Assembly: GCA_034530615.2 (NCBI GenBank) | Contig: JAVRCV020000053.1 | Coordinates: 32,001 to 96,000 of the forward strand | Reading direction: 5' to 3' | DNA length: 64,000 bases | From: Aulosira sp. ZfuVER01 | GTDB lineage: Bacteria > Cyanobacteriota > Cyanobacteriia > Cyanobacteriales > Nostocaceae | Part shown: positions 19,703 through 29,527 of the stretch, in pieces | Layout: each line of letters starts with the position of its first letter | How positions within the stretch are numbered: the stretch's first letter is position 1 | Position numbers and translations under genes: made by a program | Notes under the pieces: generated by a model | The model's input: only the letters and a program-made list of their open reading frames with translations | Told to the model about the DNA's origin: nothing | Database searches by the model: none

Positions 19703-20542
19703 TTAAACAGCATTTATCCTTTCCCAACCAGCGTACACATTAAAACGTTCTCCCCGCAGGAATCCAATTAAAGTAATGCCGAATTCTCTAGCTACAGAAA
19801 CAGCTAAACTGCTAGGAGCAGAAACAGAACAAACAATCGGTACACCTGCAACAGTGGATTTTTGCAAAATCTCAAAACTAGAGCGTCCACTAACCATTAC
19901 AATACGATTATTTAAAGGCAACTCGTCACTCAATAAAGCCGAACCAATCAATTTATCTAAAGCATTATGACGGCCAATATCTTCTTGCAAATTTAATAGT
20001 TTACCTTGAACATCAAATACCGCCGCAGCGTGCAAACCTCCGGTAGCATTGAAGATACCTTGAGCCGCCCTAAGTTGTTCTGGTAGGCTGTAGATAATCT
20101 CAGGTTTAACTACAAACCCTTGGGGAATTACTGAACAACCTTGCAAATGCAAAGCCTCAAGACTTGCTTTACCGCAGACTCCACAAGCGCTATTAGTATA
20201 AAAATGTCGCTCCAATGGCTGTAAATCTGGAATCAACCCTTCCCGGAGTTCAACATTCACTATGTTGAAACGCTGTTCGCTATCTACAGATTCATCTACG
20301 CAATAACTCATGCGTTGAATATCTTTTTTAGAATTAATGACTCCTTCACCGTAAAGAAAACCAGCAGCTAATTCAAAATCTGCCCCTGGCGTTCGCATGG
20401 TAACAGCTATAGTACGCTTCTGAGAAACTAGGCGAATTTCTAAAGGTTCTTCAGTGGTAACGCTATCGATGCGGGTACGCATTTTGCCATTTTCTACCAC
20501 CCAAACAGTAGCTTTTGTCTTGCTTCCCAAAGGCTTAGTCAT
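19703..20542 (-). CDS. fdhD: Formate dehydrogenase accessory sulfurtransferase
   Basis: EEPLEI, TMRTPG, SACGVCG, TGGLHAA, EDIGRHNALDKLIG. Confidence 0.93.
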   Translation of the reverse strand: MTKPLGSKTKATVWVVENGKMRTRIDSVTTEEPLEIRLVSQKRTIAVTMRTPGADFELAAGFLYGEGVINSKKDIQRMSYCVDESVDSEQRFNIVNVELREGLIPDLQPLERHFYTNSACGVCGKASLEALHLQGCSVIPQGFVVKPEIIYSLPEQLRAAQGIFNATGGLHAAAVFDVQGKLLNLQEDIGRHNALDKLIGSALLSDELPLNNRIVMVSGRSSFEILQKSTVAGVPIVCSVSAPSSLAVSVAREFGITLIGFLRGERFNVYAGWERINAV

Positions 20543-20584
20543 TAGCGAAATTTAGTGTGTTTTGCTTTCATTTTCATGCCACTT

Positions 20585-21289
20585 TTATATATTCTCTGGA
20601 TCGATACCTAATTCTCGCAATTTGGCGGCTAGGCGTTCAGCTTTTTGCTTTTCTTGTTCGGCGTGTTGCTGTTGTTGTTGAGCAAATTCTTCTGGTGTGG
20701 GAATTAGGTGTCCTTCAGCAGTAAAATAGCGCAATTTACTATCATGCACACCCAAATATAAACTTAGCTGTTGGCTCCATAACAAACCTTGAGGGTTATG
20801 TTCTATAGGTTGATAAGTTCCACCTAGCAAAATAAACCCAGCAAACTCTAAATTCTTGGGGTCAAACCAGAAGTATTCAGGAGTGCGAAAGATATCTTGA
20901 TAAATTTGTTTTTTTAAACCTTTATCAACTGATGCGGTTGTTGGTGAAAGTAATTCGATAATCAAGTTGGGATATTTACCGTCTTCTTCCCAAACAATCC
21001 AACTATCACGAAGTTGATTTTCTGTGTTGAGTACGACAAAAAAATCCGGGCCGCGAAAATCTTCTGACTTACGCTGACGTTGACTGTAATAAATAGTAAT
21101 ATTGCCAGCCGCAAAAAAATCATTAAAATTTTGCTGGTCTCGCCACCACCATTCCAAGCATTTTAATAACAGCAACATTTGCTGTAAATGTAGATATGTT
21201 TCCAAAGGCGGTTCGTCACTATATTTATATAAATTACTGTCTGGAAATATAACACCTTCTGGGGTGGGTAAATCTTTGGCGACAGACAT
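20585..21289 (-). CDS. Uma2 family (DUF820) endonuclease-fold protein
   Basis: SDEPPLET, GPDFFVV, PNLIIELLS, EYFWFDP, LAAKLRELGIDP. Confidence 0.9.
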   Translation of the reverse strand: MSVAKDLPTPEGVIFPDSNLYKYSDEPPLETYLHLQQMLLLLKCLEWWWRDQQNFNDFFAAGNITIYYSQRQRKSEDFRGPDFFVVLNTENQLRDSWIVWEEDGKYPNLIIELLSPTTASVDKGLKKQIYQDIFRTPEYFWFDPKNLEFAGFILLGGTYQPIEHNPQGLLWSQQLSLYLGVHDSKLRYFTAEGHLIPTPEEFAQQQQQHAEQEKQKAERLAAKLRELGIDPENI

Positions 21290-21341
21290 GGCTGCAAGTA
21301 GTTGGGTTATCTAAGTTTAGTGTAGCGGGATAAAACTATAT

Positions 21342-23564
21342 TTAGATTTTTTCCAAACGTGCGATCGCATTATAATCGGGTACTCCTTCTACAGAACGCT
21401 TGCTTTTATCTAGGAGTACATTTCCTTCGGGCCAATGTACCTGTAAATTTGCTGGTTGAATCGGTGCTAAATAAACTTTTCCCTGTAACTCGCCTAAATC
21501 ATTTTTAAGGATAATGCGATCGCCATCTTTTAATCCTAATTTTGCCGCATCAGAGGCATTCATTAACACTGCTTCTCGTAATGCCCCAGTAATCGCATCT
21601 TTGCGTTCTTGCACCATACTATTAAACTGCTTACCTCGACGGGTGGCGACAAAGAAACAACCTGCTGGTAATTGTTTTTGGGGTGGGGTTAATGGTGTAA
21701 AGTGGGCTTTGCCATCTGGTGTAGAGAAATTCCAGCCAAAGCACAAATGGGAACCACCATACTGAAATTGATCTCCCTGTTGCTGTAAGTGTTGAATTCC
21801 AGCATATTGGGGAACAACTTGAGCAATTTCTTGGCGGATAGCGGCGGTATCATCAAAATATAGCTTTTCTTTTAAATCAGGTCTGACTCTCCTGGCCAAT
21901 TCCATAAATACTTGCCATTCTGGACGTGCTTCCCCAATGCGCAGCCCGGGAATTTCGGGGCTAAAAATTACTCGGCGTTCGGTGCTAGTTTCTGTTACTC
22001 CTCCCGGTATTTCATAACGAGTTGTCGCAGGTAAAAGCACTACTGTATCTGCTGGTTCCACTAACATTTGGCTAGAAAGCACAATATCCATGTGTACTCG
22101 CAGTGGTATTTGTTTCAATGCAGCTTCTACATAATCCGGTTCTGGTAGAACTTCTAGAAAATTACCCCCAACAGAAAACAACACATCTAACTCTCCTTGA
22201 TGTGCTGCATTAATCATTTCTGGGGCGATTAAACCTGGAGTTGCAGGTACTTCAAAATCCCAAACCTGACTTAATTGGGTCGCATTTTCTGCTGTGATAG
22301 GCTTACCGCCAGGAAACACCGTAGCGTAACATCCCATTTCTGCACCACCTTGCACCCCAGAGTGTCCGCGAATTGGCATTAAACCGCAGCCTTCCCGACC
22401 GACAAAACCTTTAGTCAGTGCTAAGTTGATGATACTGCGGACATTATCTTCGCCGCATTCATGCTGAGTAATTCCCATACTCCAGACAAATACAGCTTTG
22501 TTAGCTTTTGCAACCATCTTGGCAAAGGCATACATTTCATCGCGAGTGGTTCCAGAAAGCCTTTCTAATTCTTCCCAAGATTGGCTTGCTAATACTGCCT
22601 TAAGTTCTTCAAAACCGCTTGTATATCTGTTAATAAACGACCGATCTACCCAGCCGTTGGCAATCATGTGCTTAATTGTACCGTTCAAAAATGCCATATC
22701 TCCGCCCAAGCTGACCAGAAAGAAATCTTCGGCAAACTTGGTGCCAAATAAAGCACTTTCGACAATTGAGGGAACCCAGTAGCGCTCCATTCCAGGCTCA
22801 CGGTAGGTGTTAATTACTACAATTTTTGTACCAGCTTTCTTGGCATAGTGGAGGTATTTAACGGTGACAGGCTGATTGTTAGCGACATTCGAGCCAATGA
22901 ATACCAATAAATCAGTACCAATCCAGTCTTTATAAGAACAAGTGGTAGCCCCTGCACCGAGAGTAGATTTCAAACCTGCGGTGCTGGGAGAATGACAAAT
23001 ACGGGCAGCATTATCAATATTGTTACTTCCCATTGCCCGCACGGCTTTCTGGGTAGCGTAGTAAGTTTCGTTAACAGTGCCGCGACTGGTAACGTAAAAG
23101 CTGAGGCGGTTTGGTGTGGTAGCACAAATACGATTGGCAATGACTTCTAGCGCTTCATCCCAACTAATACGCCGAAAACCTTTTTCTCCCCGTTGGCGAA
23201 TCATAGGGTAGGGAAGCCGTCCCAAATCGCGCAATTGAGCACTTTTTTGCGTTTGCAATGTGGAAATATCTGTTAGCAGCAACGGGTCAAAAGCTGGCAT
23301 AGTATTCATTTGTAAAAGCCGTAGCCTTACATTGCAGAGATGAATGCCATCAAGCGTCCAATCCTTCATCCCGGTAGTTCCCAAAGCACAGCCATCGCAA
23401 ACGCCTTTATTTAAAATATTCCATGCGTAAGGTAACTGCTTGCGAGACAACCAAATTGCCCGAAATACTTCCCAATAATTATTCGGGTACTGTTCGCCAA
23501 TACCAAAAGGCTTCCAACTAGCCCAGTGTGAAGGTGTCCAATATTTCTTGGGTTTAGGCAACAT
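21342..23564 (-). CDS. FdhF/YdeP family molybdopterin oxidoreductase
   Basis: CDGCALG, NAARICHSPS, WSMGITQH, PIRGHSGVQG, TRRGKQFNS; paired with fdhD. Confidence 0.9.
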   Translation of the reverse strand: MLPKPKKYWTPSHWASWKPFGIGEQYPNNYWEVFRAIWLSRKQLPYAWNILNKGVCDGCALGTTGMKDWTLDGIHLCNVRLRLLQMNTMPAFDPLLLTDISTLQTQKSAQLRDLGRLPYPMIRQRGEKGFRRISWDEALEVIANRICATTPNRLSFYVTSRGTVNETYYATQKAVRAMGSNNIDNAARICHSPSTAGLKSTLGAGATTCSYKDWIGTDLLVFIGSNVANNQPVTVKYLHYAKKAGTKIVVINTYREPGMERYWVPSIVESALFGTKFAEDFFLVSLGGDMAFLNGTIKHMIANGWVDRSFINRYTSGFEELKAVLASQSWEELERLSGTTRDEMYAFAKMVAKANKAVFVWSMGITQHECGEDNVRSIINLALTKGFVGREGCGLMPIRGHSGVQGGAEMGCYATVFPGGKPITAENATQLSQVWDFEVPATPGLIAPEMINAAHQGELDVLFSVGGNFLEVLPEPDYVEAALKQIPLRVHMDIVLSSQMLVEPADTVVLLPATTRYEIPGGVTETSTERRVIFSPEIPGLRIGEARPEWQVFMELARRVRPDLKEKLYFDDTAAIRQEIAQVVPQYAGIQHLQQQGDQFQYGGSHLCFGWNFSTPDGKAHFTPLTPPQKQLPAGCFFVATRRGKQFNSMVQERKDAITGALREAVLMNASDAAKLGLKDGDRIILKNDLGELQGKVYLAPIQPANLQVHWPEGNVLLDKSKRSVEGVPDYNAIARLEKI

Positions 23565-23601
23565 GATGGGTATTTGCAAGTGAATAACCGCTACTTCCAG
23601 G

Positions 23602-23712
23602 CTAGTACCACTGCGCGGAATTCGTAATTCGTAATTTATAATTCGTAATTACCTTTTCATAAGGGTTACAGACATTTCTCATGGGTGGTTTATTTATGTC
23701 GTGCTGTACTAG
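23602..23712. mobile_element. MITE-like dispersed repeat with CTAGTAC/GTACTAG ends and TTCGTAA tandem core
   Basis: Terminal inverted repeats enclosing (aattcgt)n. Confidence 0.55.
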
Positions 23713-23877
23713 TGGTCTGTCTCATAAGTTATGAGGGTTAAATAAAACGAACCGCAAAGACGCGAAGTACACAAAGGAAGAGAAATAAAGAATGAGTTCA
23801 CTTCCTCATTAATTATGAAGTAATAATGAGTCCGTAGTCAGGACTTTAGCCCTGGATTTTCAAACAATAAAGTGCTT

Positions 23878-23921
23878 AAAAAATAAAAAATCGGTTTGCA
23901 AGAATGTTTCTTGCAACCGAT
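23878..23921 (-). terminator. Minus-strand intrinsic terminator
   Basis: atcggt(t)tgcaagaa/ttcttgcaaccgat stem with adjacent A-tract on the plus strand. Confidence 0.6.
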
Positions 23922-23975
23922 ATTAATATCAAGGAAGAATCTGAAACTCGCTAGTGTAGTATGGTAGAAATATCT

Positions 23976-24019
23976 AACCAAATGAAAATGGCTTAAATGC
24001 TCATCTTCATTTGGTTTTT
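23976..24019 (+). terminator. Hairpin with T-tract
   Basis: aaccaaatgaa/ttcatttggtt 11-bp perfect arms followed by ttt. Confidence 0.5.
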
Positions 24020-24224
24020 CAATTTTCAATCCCGCCTAACAACACTAGTTTAATTAGCGAAATAGGCTGTCGTAACAGTGCTTTTACTGAAGGGGTGAAC
24101 TTACTCGTAGCGACAGGCAATAGTAAAACAACTTGGTGGTAGCTAAAACTTGAGATTAGGTCATTTTTGAAGAAATTCAACCGAATTTCTCTATTTAATG
24201 AATAGCCAATCTTATGGAAGGTAA

Positions 24225-24344
24225 TTAATTGTAACCCAATTTTTTAGGTCTGGGCAGGGTCAAGCAAATTCCGGTAGATAACATTGCACTAGCAGCACAA
24301 GCAATTAAGACTACTTGGAAAACATCACTAAAATTAGAAATCAT
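24225..24344 (-). CDS. Unannotated 39-aa hydrophobic peptide MISNFSDVFQVVLIACAASAMLSTGICLTLPRPKKLGYN
   Basis: Hand-translated; strong SD GAGGTG 6 nt before ATG; single TM and basic tail. Confidence 0.6.
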   Translation of the reverse strand: MISNFSDVFQVVLIACAASAMLSTGICLTLPRPKKLGYN

Positions 24345-24670
24345 TTTTGTCACCTCAATTTTTGGATTTTGAGTAGGTGGTTTGTGTGCGTGTCTATAAT
24401 TACTCTTTTTTTTTGAATTGGCAAGTTTTTAGATCTGTTTTTTTTCAAAAAAATCATTTAGATAATTAATAGAGTATAAACACGGTAAAAAACTAGTGTT
24501 TATATTTACAATGATGTTTCTAAAGAACAAAATTTGCCTCTGAATTTATAAATTACATTTCAATAAACGTAATTCAATTTTGCAAATTATTTCTTATAAA
24601 GTCTCATAGCTTTTACTGATAGAGAAATTACAGGCTTGCTAGTTTTAGTAACTTGCAGCTTTGTTTCAGC

Positions 24671-26224
24671 CTAGTTAAGCAAGTATCCCGCAGCTAGAGA
24701 ATGATAAGCTGCAATTTGCTGTTGTTGCCAAACATTGTCTCGCTCTAGTTCTTCCGCCAAAATTTCTGCAACACGAGGGGCTGCTTCCATACTGGCGATC
24801 GCATCGAGCAAGAGCGATCGCGTCCGTCGTGCTAGTATATCCTCTACTGTGCGTGCTAGTTCATAGCGGGTAGCCCAGCGTACTTGTGCCTCTAAGTAAG
24901 GCAATCGGGGATGCAATAGTGTATCAGCGCCAGGCAATTCTTGGATACTGACTGCATCATTACCATAAACATCGAGAGGAGCTGCTGACGGAGTTTGAGT
25001 CCAGCCGTGTAAATGCAAGTTGGCAGTAATTGAGGGATGAGGAGAGAGATTTGCAAGCGGGATGGCGCGGTTGACTACGTCTTCACCCATCTTGCGATAA
25101 GTTGTCCATTTACCACCAGTAATTGTTAGCAATCCCGAAGCAGAAACAGAAATTACGTGTTCGCGGGAAAGGGCGGCGGTTGACTTGGTTTTTTCTGCTT
25201 TTACTAACGGGCGCTGTCCGACAAATATACTTAATACATCCCCAGAAGTGGGAGCAGGTGTGAGATATTGAGCGGCGGTGTGCAAAATAAAGTCAATTTC
25301 CGCTGGAAGTGGACGGGGTTCATATTCGGTATTTTCTACTGGGGTGTCAGTAGTGCCAATCACTACCTTTCCATGCCAAGGAACGGCAAACAACACTCGC
25401 CCATCAGCAGTTTTGGGAATCATCATGGCGCTGTCATTTGGTAAAAACCGCTTGTCCACGACAATATGCGCTCCTTGGCTGGGAGATAACATAGCTGATA
25501 CTTGCGGATCGTCCATACGCCGCACATCATCTACAAATACTCCTGTGGCATTGACTACAACCTTTGCTTTTAACTCAAAAGTTTCCCCTGTTTCAGCATC
25601 ACAAGCACGCACACCCTGCACTCGTTCCCCTTGCTTGAGCAAACCTATGACTGGCAGATAATTTAAGGCTACACCGTTGTAATCTAGCAAGGTTTGTAGC
25701 AGAGTAATGGCGAGGCGTGCATCATCAAATTGCCCATCATGGTAAATAACTCCTCCCCGCAGTCTGTCGGTTTTGAGAGTTGGGATGTGCGATCGCGTAT
25801 CTTGTTCGCTAAGAAAACGACTATGACCTAAACTCAAACGACCGGAAAGTAAATCGTAAATCTTTAAACCCGTACCATAAAAAAGCTGAGACCACCAAGT
25901 ATATCCCGGTACGACAAACTTTAGATCGTTTACTAGATGAGGAGCATTGCGGCGAAGCAGTCCCCGTTCGTGTAGCGCTTCCCGTACCAAAGCGATGTTT
26001 CCTTGCGCCAGATATCGCACTCCCCCATGAACTAGCTTAGTCGAACGGCTGGAGGTGGCTTTGGCAAAGTCATATTTTTCTAAAAGTAGTGTTCGGTAGC
26101 CACGAGTTGCTGCTTCGATTGCTGTACCCAAACCCGTTGCACCACCACCAATGACAATAAAATCCCACTCATCGGATTGGCGAAGTGAAGCAATTAGATC
26201 CTGACGAGTTGGGGGTATTTTCAC
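24671..26224 (-). CDS. glpD: FAD-dependent glycerol-3-phosphate dehydrogenase
   Basis: IGGGATG, TSSRSTKLVHGGVRYL, DGQFDDARL, GGKWTTYR. Confidence 0.93.
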   Translation of the reverse strand: MKIPPTRQDLIASLRQSDEWDFIVIGGGATGLGTAIEAATRGYRTLLLEKYDFAKATSSRSTKLVHGGVRYLAQGNIALVREALHERGLLRRNAPHLVNDLKFVVPGYTWWSQLFYGTGLKIYDLLSGRLSLGHSRFLSEQDTRSHIPTLKTDRLRGGVIYHDGQFDDARLAITLLQTLLDYNGVALNYLPVIGLLKQGERVQGVRACDAETGETFELKAKVVVNATGVFVDDVRRMDDPQVSAMLSPSQGAHIVVDKRFLPNDSAMMIPKTADGRVLFAVPWHGKVVIGTTDTPVENTEYEPRPLPAEIDFILHTAAQYLTPAPTSGDVLSIFVGQRPLVKAEKTKSTAALSREHVISVSASGLLTITGGKWTTYRKMGEDVVNRAIPLANLSPHPSITANLHLHGWTQTPSAAPLDVYGNDAVSIQELPGADTLLHPRLPYLEAQVRWATRYELARTVEDILARRTRSLLLDAIASMEAAPRVAEILAEELERDNVWQQQQIAAYHSLAAGYLLN

Positions 26225-26258
26225 AATAGGTTCTCCTGAAATTGTGTTTACACTAACT

Positions 26259-26352
26259 TCGATTCGCCAAGTAGTAACCCGTACCGTAGCATGTGGGCAT
26301 GAACAGGGAAAATTAGACCAGCCGACTCACCAGCCCGCTTAACAATTCGGAA
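26259..26352 (-). pseudogene. Tyrosine recombinase/integrase relic
   Basis: Hand translation FRIVKRAGESAGLIFPVHAHMLR, then frameshift into GTGYYLANR; matches the box II region HxxRH...LA. Confidence 0.7.
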
Positions 26353-26423
26353 CCACCAAAGAGCCAAAATTTTTAGAATTTTCAGATGATAGTATCAACA
26401 TCAGCTTTTTGATTCACATTTGT

Positions 26424-26459
26424 TCTTTCTAAGGGTACAAGTCTTTCTAAGGGTACAAG
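26424..26459. repeat. Perfect 18-bp tandem duplication (tctttctaagggtacaag x2)
   Basis: Read directly from the sequence. Confidence 0.9.
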
Positions 26460-26576
26460 ACTAATAAATAAAAATCGTGCAAGTTAGGAATAGAGCAATA
26501 AAGATAGATTAAGCTGTTGTTCTTAATTGCATCGGCTCTAGCTTGAAATCTCATATTTAATACAGGAAAGATTATC

Positions 26577-26810
26577 ATGACACAGCAAAATGCTGCCCAA
26601 CTTTTGAAGGCTGTGAAGGAAAATCAAGCATTAAAAGAAAGACTAAAAGCAACAGAGAACCCAGAAGCCTTTGTTAAGATCGCTAAAGAGAGCGGCTATG
26701 ATTTCTCAGAGGAAGAACTAGAAAGAGAAATTAGCCAATTATCAGATGAAGATTTGGCAGCCATTGTCAATCCTGGCTGGGGAACTAGACGACACATTCA
26801 TCCTAGATAA
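26577..26810 (+). CDS. Nif11-like leader peptide family RiPP precursor
   Basis: LLKAVKENQALKERLK...FVKIAKESGYDFSEEEL...LSDEDL leader; short tail IVNPGWGTRRHIHPR; AGGA SD. Confidence 0.8.
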   Translation: MTQQNAAQLLKAVKENQALKERLKATENPEAFVKIAKESGYDFSEEELEREISQLSDEDLAAIVNPGWGTRRHIHPR

Positions 26811-26860
26811 ATGAAAAACAACTCGCGCTGTTGAGACTGGGTGTAAGCTGCTTAGTTCAA

Positions 26861-28345
26861 TTATCTGTGTCGCGCTTGAGCGATCGCCTGATGCCATGAA
26901 TCTAGTAGTGTCTCTCGATAGTCAGTGCTGATTTTCGGCTCAAAGCGTTTTTCCAGTTGCCATTGCTGTAAAATTTCGGCTTCGCTTTCCCAGTATCCAA
27001 CGGCTAGCCCTGCCAAATAAGCTGCTCCCAAGGCAGTAGTTTCCGTGATTTTGGGACGAACAACGGCCACACCCAAAATATCTGCTTGGAATTGCATTAG
27101 CAAGTCATTGCGGGATGCACCACCGTCTACCCGCAGTTCTGAAAGATCGAGATGAGAGTCTTGACGCATCGCTTCAATTACATCAGCCGTTTGATAGGCA
27201 ATGCTTTCCAGGGCTGCACGGGCGATATGAGCGCTAGTTGAGCCGCGAGTTAAGCCTGCGATCGTACCGCGAGCATAACTATCCCAATAAGGTGCGCCCA
27301 AGCCGACGAATGCAGGTACAAAATACACGCCACCGTTATCAGGAACGCTAGTAGCCAAAGCTTCCACATCAGCGCTGTGCTTGATAATGCCCAGCCCATC
27401 GCGCAGCCATTGCACAACAGCCCCAGCAATGAAAACGCTACCTTCCAAAGCATAATCAATCCGTTCATTGATACGCCAGGCGATCGTTGTCAGCAGCTTG
27501 TTCTGGGATAGTATGGGCTGATTACCTGTATTCAGCAACATAAAGCAACCCGTACCGTAAGTATTTTTCGCCATACCAGATTGTAATGATGCTTGTCCAA
27601 ATGTTGCTGCCTGTTGGTCTCCGGCAATTCCAGCAATGGGAATGCGACTACCAAAAAGTCCTTCGGATGTATGCCCATACACCTCTGATGAACTCCGTAC
27701 TTGAGGGAGAAGAGAACGGGGAATATTCAGAATGGACAGCAATTCATCATCCCAATCCAGGCTGTGAATATTGAATAGCAGAGTACGGCTAGCGTTAGTT
27801 GCATCTGTAATATGCAGTTCCCCTTCAGTTAGCTTCCAAATCAACCAGCTATCGACAGTTCCAAATGCTAGTTCTCCACGCTCGGCTTTTTCACGAGCAT
27901 CAGGTACATTATCAAGCAACCATTTCAGTTTCGTACCGCTAAAGTACGCATCTATTACCAGTCCCGTTTTCTGCTGGAATGTTGCTTCATACCCAGCTAC
28001 CTTAAGTTCATCGCAGTCAGCAGCAGTGCGGCGATCTTGCCAAACGATCGCATTATGAATCGGCTTACCTGTTTTGCGCTCCCAAACTATTGTAGTTTCC
28101 CGTTGATTAGTAATGCCAATCGCAGCAATATCGCTAGCGCGGATACCAATACGAGCTAAAGCTTCATTAGCAACACCAATTTGAGATGACCAAATTTCCT
28201 CAGCATCATGTTCTACCCAAGCCTGCTGGGGAAAAATTTGTGGAAACTCTTTCTGAGCAACACTTAGTATCTCAGCGTTACGGTTGAAAACAATGGCGCG
28301 GGAGCTAGTAGTGCCTTGGTCAAAAGCCAGAATATATTTACTCAT
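26861..28345 (-). CDS. glpK: Glycerol kinase
   Basis: [38 protein letters not shown]. Confidence 0.96.
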   Translation of the reverse strand: MSKYILAFDQGTTSSRAIVFNRNAEILSVAQKEFPQIFPQQAWVEHDAEEIWSSQIGVANEALARIGIRASDIAAIGITNQRETTIVWERKTGKPIHNAIVWQDRRTAADCDELKVAGYEATFQQKTGLVIDAYFSGTKLKWLLDNVPDAREKAERGELAFGTVDSWLIWKLTEGELHITDATNASRTLLFNIHSLDWDDELLSILNIPRSLLPQVRSSSEVYGHTSEGLFGSRIPIAGIAGDQQAATFGQASLQSGMAKNTYGTGCFMLLNTGNQPILSQNKLLTTIAWRINERIDYALEGSVFIAGAVVQWLRDGLGIIKHSADVEALATSVPDNGGVYFVPAFVGLGAPYWDSYARGTIAGLTRGSTSAHIARAALESIAYQTADVIEAMRQDSHLDLSELRVDGGASRNDLLMQFQADILGVAVVRPKITETTALGAAYLAGLAVGYWESEAEILQQWQLEKRFEPKISTDYRETLLDSWHQAIAQARHR

Positions 28346-28589
28346 AAGATATATCTCAAATTTATTTGTAATTCAGAACCAGGCAAACACCTTGATTTAA
28401 TATTAAGAATGATAAAACATAATTGGTGTTGTGAAATATAATAATTAACTGTATCTATTTATTGGTTTATAGCATTGATTGAATGAACTAATAATCGCAT
28501 TTTTCCAGTAAAGCAAAAAGGCATCGGATATCGTATCAAGATTAAAAGTTATACCAATTTATGAACAGCCTGATACATATAGATTTTTC

Positions 28590-28621
28590 GTAGTAAGGGT
28601 TTAGCAATGCTAAACCCTTAC
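28590..28621. repeat. REP-like palindrome
   Basis: gtaagggtttagca-a-tgctaaacccttac, perfect 14-bp arms. Confidence 0.7.
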
Positions 28622-28661
28622 CCGTGTATAACGCAGTTACGCTAAATAAACAATTACTAGA

Positions 28662-29486
28662 CTACAGCTTTTGAGCAATATGAAAAGCAGAGATATATGA
28701 AAGCTGAAGGCTGCCTTGAAATTCATCTTCTATCCTTTGTCTTAAAGCTGCAAATAGGGAATCTTTAATTTGTGGCTCTAATTTCAGGTAAGGCGAGTAA
28801 GTATTTAAAAGCATTAAATACTCATCTACTGTATAGCTGACTTCAGATATAATTTGTTCAGATTTAAAGTTTTTGAATTGTCCTGAATCAATCACAAAGC
28901 TTCCTAATTGTCTTAAAATATTTTCTTGAGTTTCTCTATCTTCATATTTATCAAGGACTGGAGCATATAATTGATAGACTTCAGATAAGCGTTTATACAC
29001 TTGATAGCTTGGTTGCAGTTCCTTATTCCATAATAAAATCAGATGACCGCCTTCTTTTAGAGCATTGGCTGCTTTGGCATATCCGATTTCCGGTGATATC
29101 CAATGAAAAGAACTTGCTGCTAAAACAGCATCAAATTCCAGAGCATTTAATGCCCATTCTTCAAAAGATGTGTTTTGAATTTTGACATTGGAATAAGGTT
29201 GACAATTATTTTGAGCTAACTCAAAAAAATCTGGATTGGGTTCTAAACACATCATAGAACAACCCAAATGCGCCAACCCTACTGTTGCAGTTGCAGGGCC
29301 ACATCCCACCTCCAAAATTTTTGAATTAGAGGTTAGTTGAGCAACCTCTACAACTTGACTAATTAAATCTTGAGGATAGCGAGGTCTTACTTTGTTGTAA
29401 GCCTCTGCTGCGGGAGAATACCAATTTTTACGCTGTTCTAAATCTCTGCTGGAATAACTAATAATTGTTTGTTTTAAGTCTTCCAT
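28662..29486 (-). CDS. Class I SAM-dependent methyltransferase
   Basis: YNKVRPRYP, ILEVGCGPA, SSFHWI. Confidence 0.85.
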   Translation of the reverse strand: MEDLKQTIISYSSRDLEQRKNWYSPAAEAYNKVRPRYPQDLISQVVEVAQLTSNSKILEVGCGPATATVGLAHLGCSMMCLEPNPDFFELAQNNCQPYSNVKIQNTSFEEWALNALEFDAVLAASSFHWISPEIGYAKAANALKEGGHLILLWNKELQPSYQVYKRLSEVYQLYAPVLDKYEDRETQENILRQLGSFVIDSGQFKNFKSEQIISEVSYTVDEYLMLLNTYSPYLKLEPQIKDSLFAALRQRIEDEFQGSLQLSYISAFHIAQKL

Positions 29487-29527
29487 CAATTCAAGCCTAA
29501 ATAGATGCGTAATATCTATTATCTTCT

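Noticed and set aside
17487..23564. Novel formate-metabolising microcompartment from ccmP plus fdhF/fdhD proximity
   Set aside because: Genes are convergent and not operonic; ccmP is normally a satellite carboxysome gene and no other shell genes are present
21342..23564. Selenocysteine formate dehydrogenase
   Set aside because: ORF is continuous with Cys in ICHSP and has no in-frame TGA
23838..24180. 63-aa ORF in the track and a hand-found 53-aa TTG ORF on the minus strand
   Set aside because: Weak starts and both overlap strong hairpins; better explained as structured non-coding RNA
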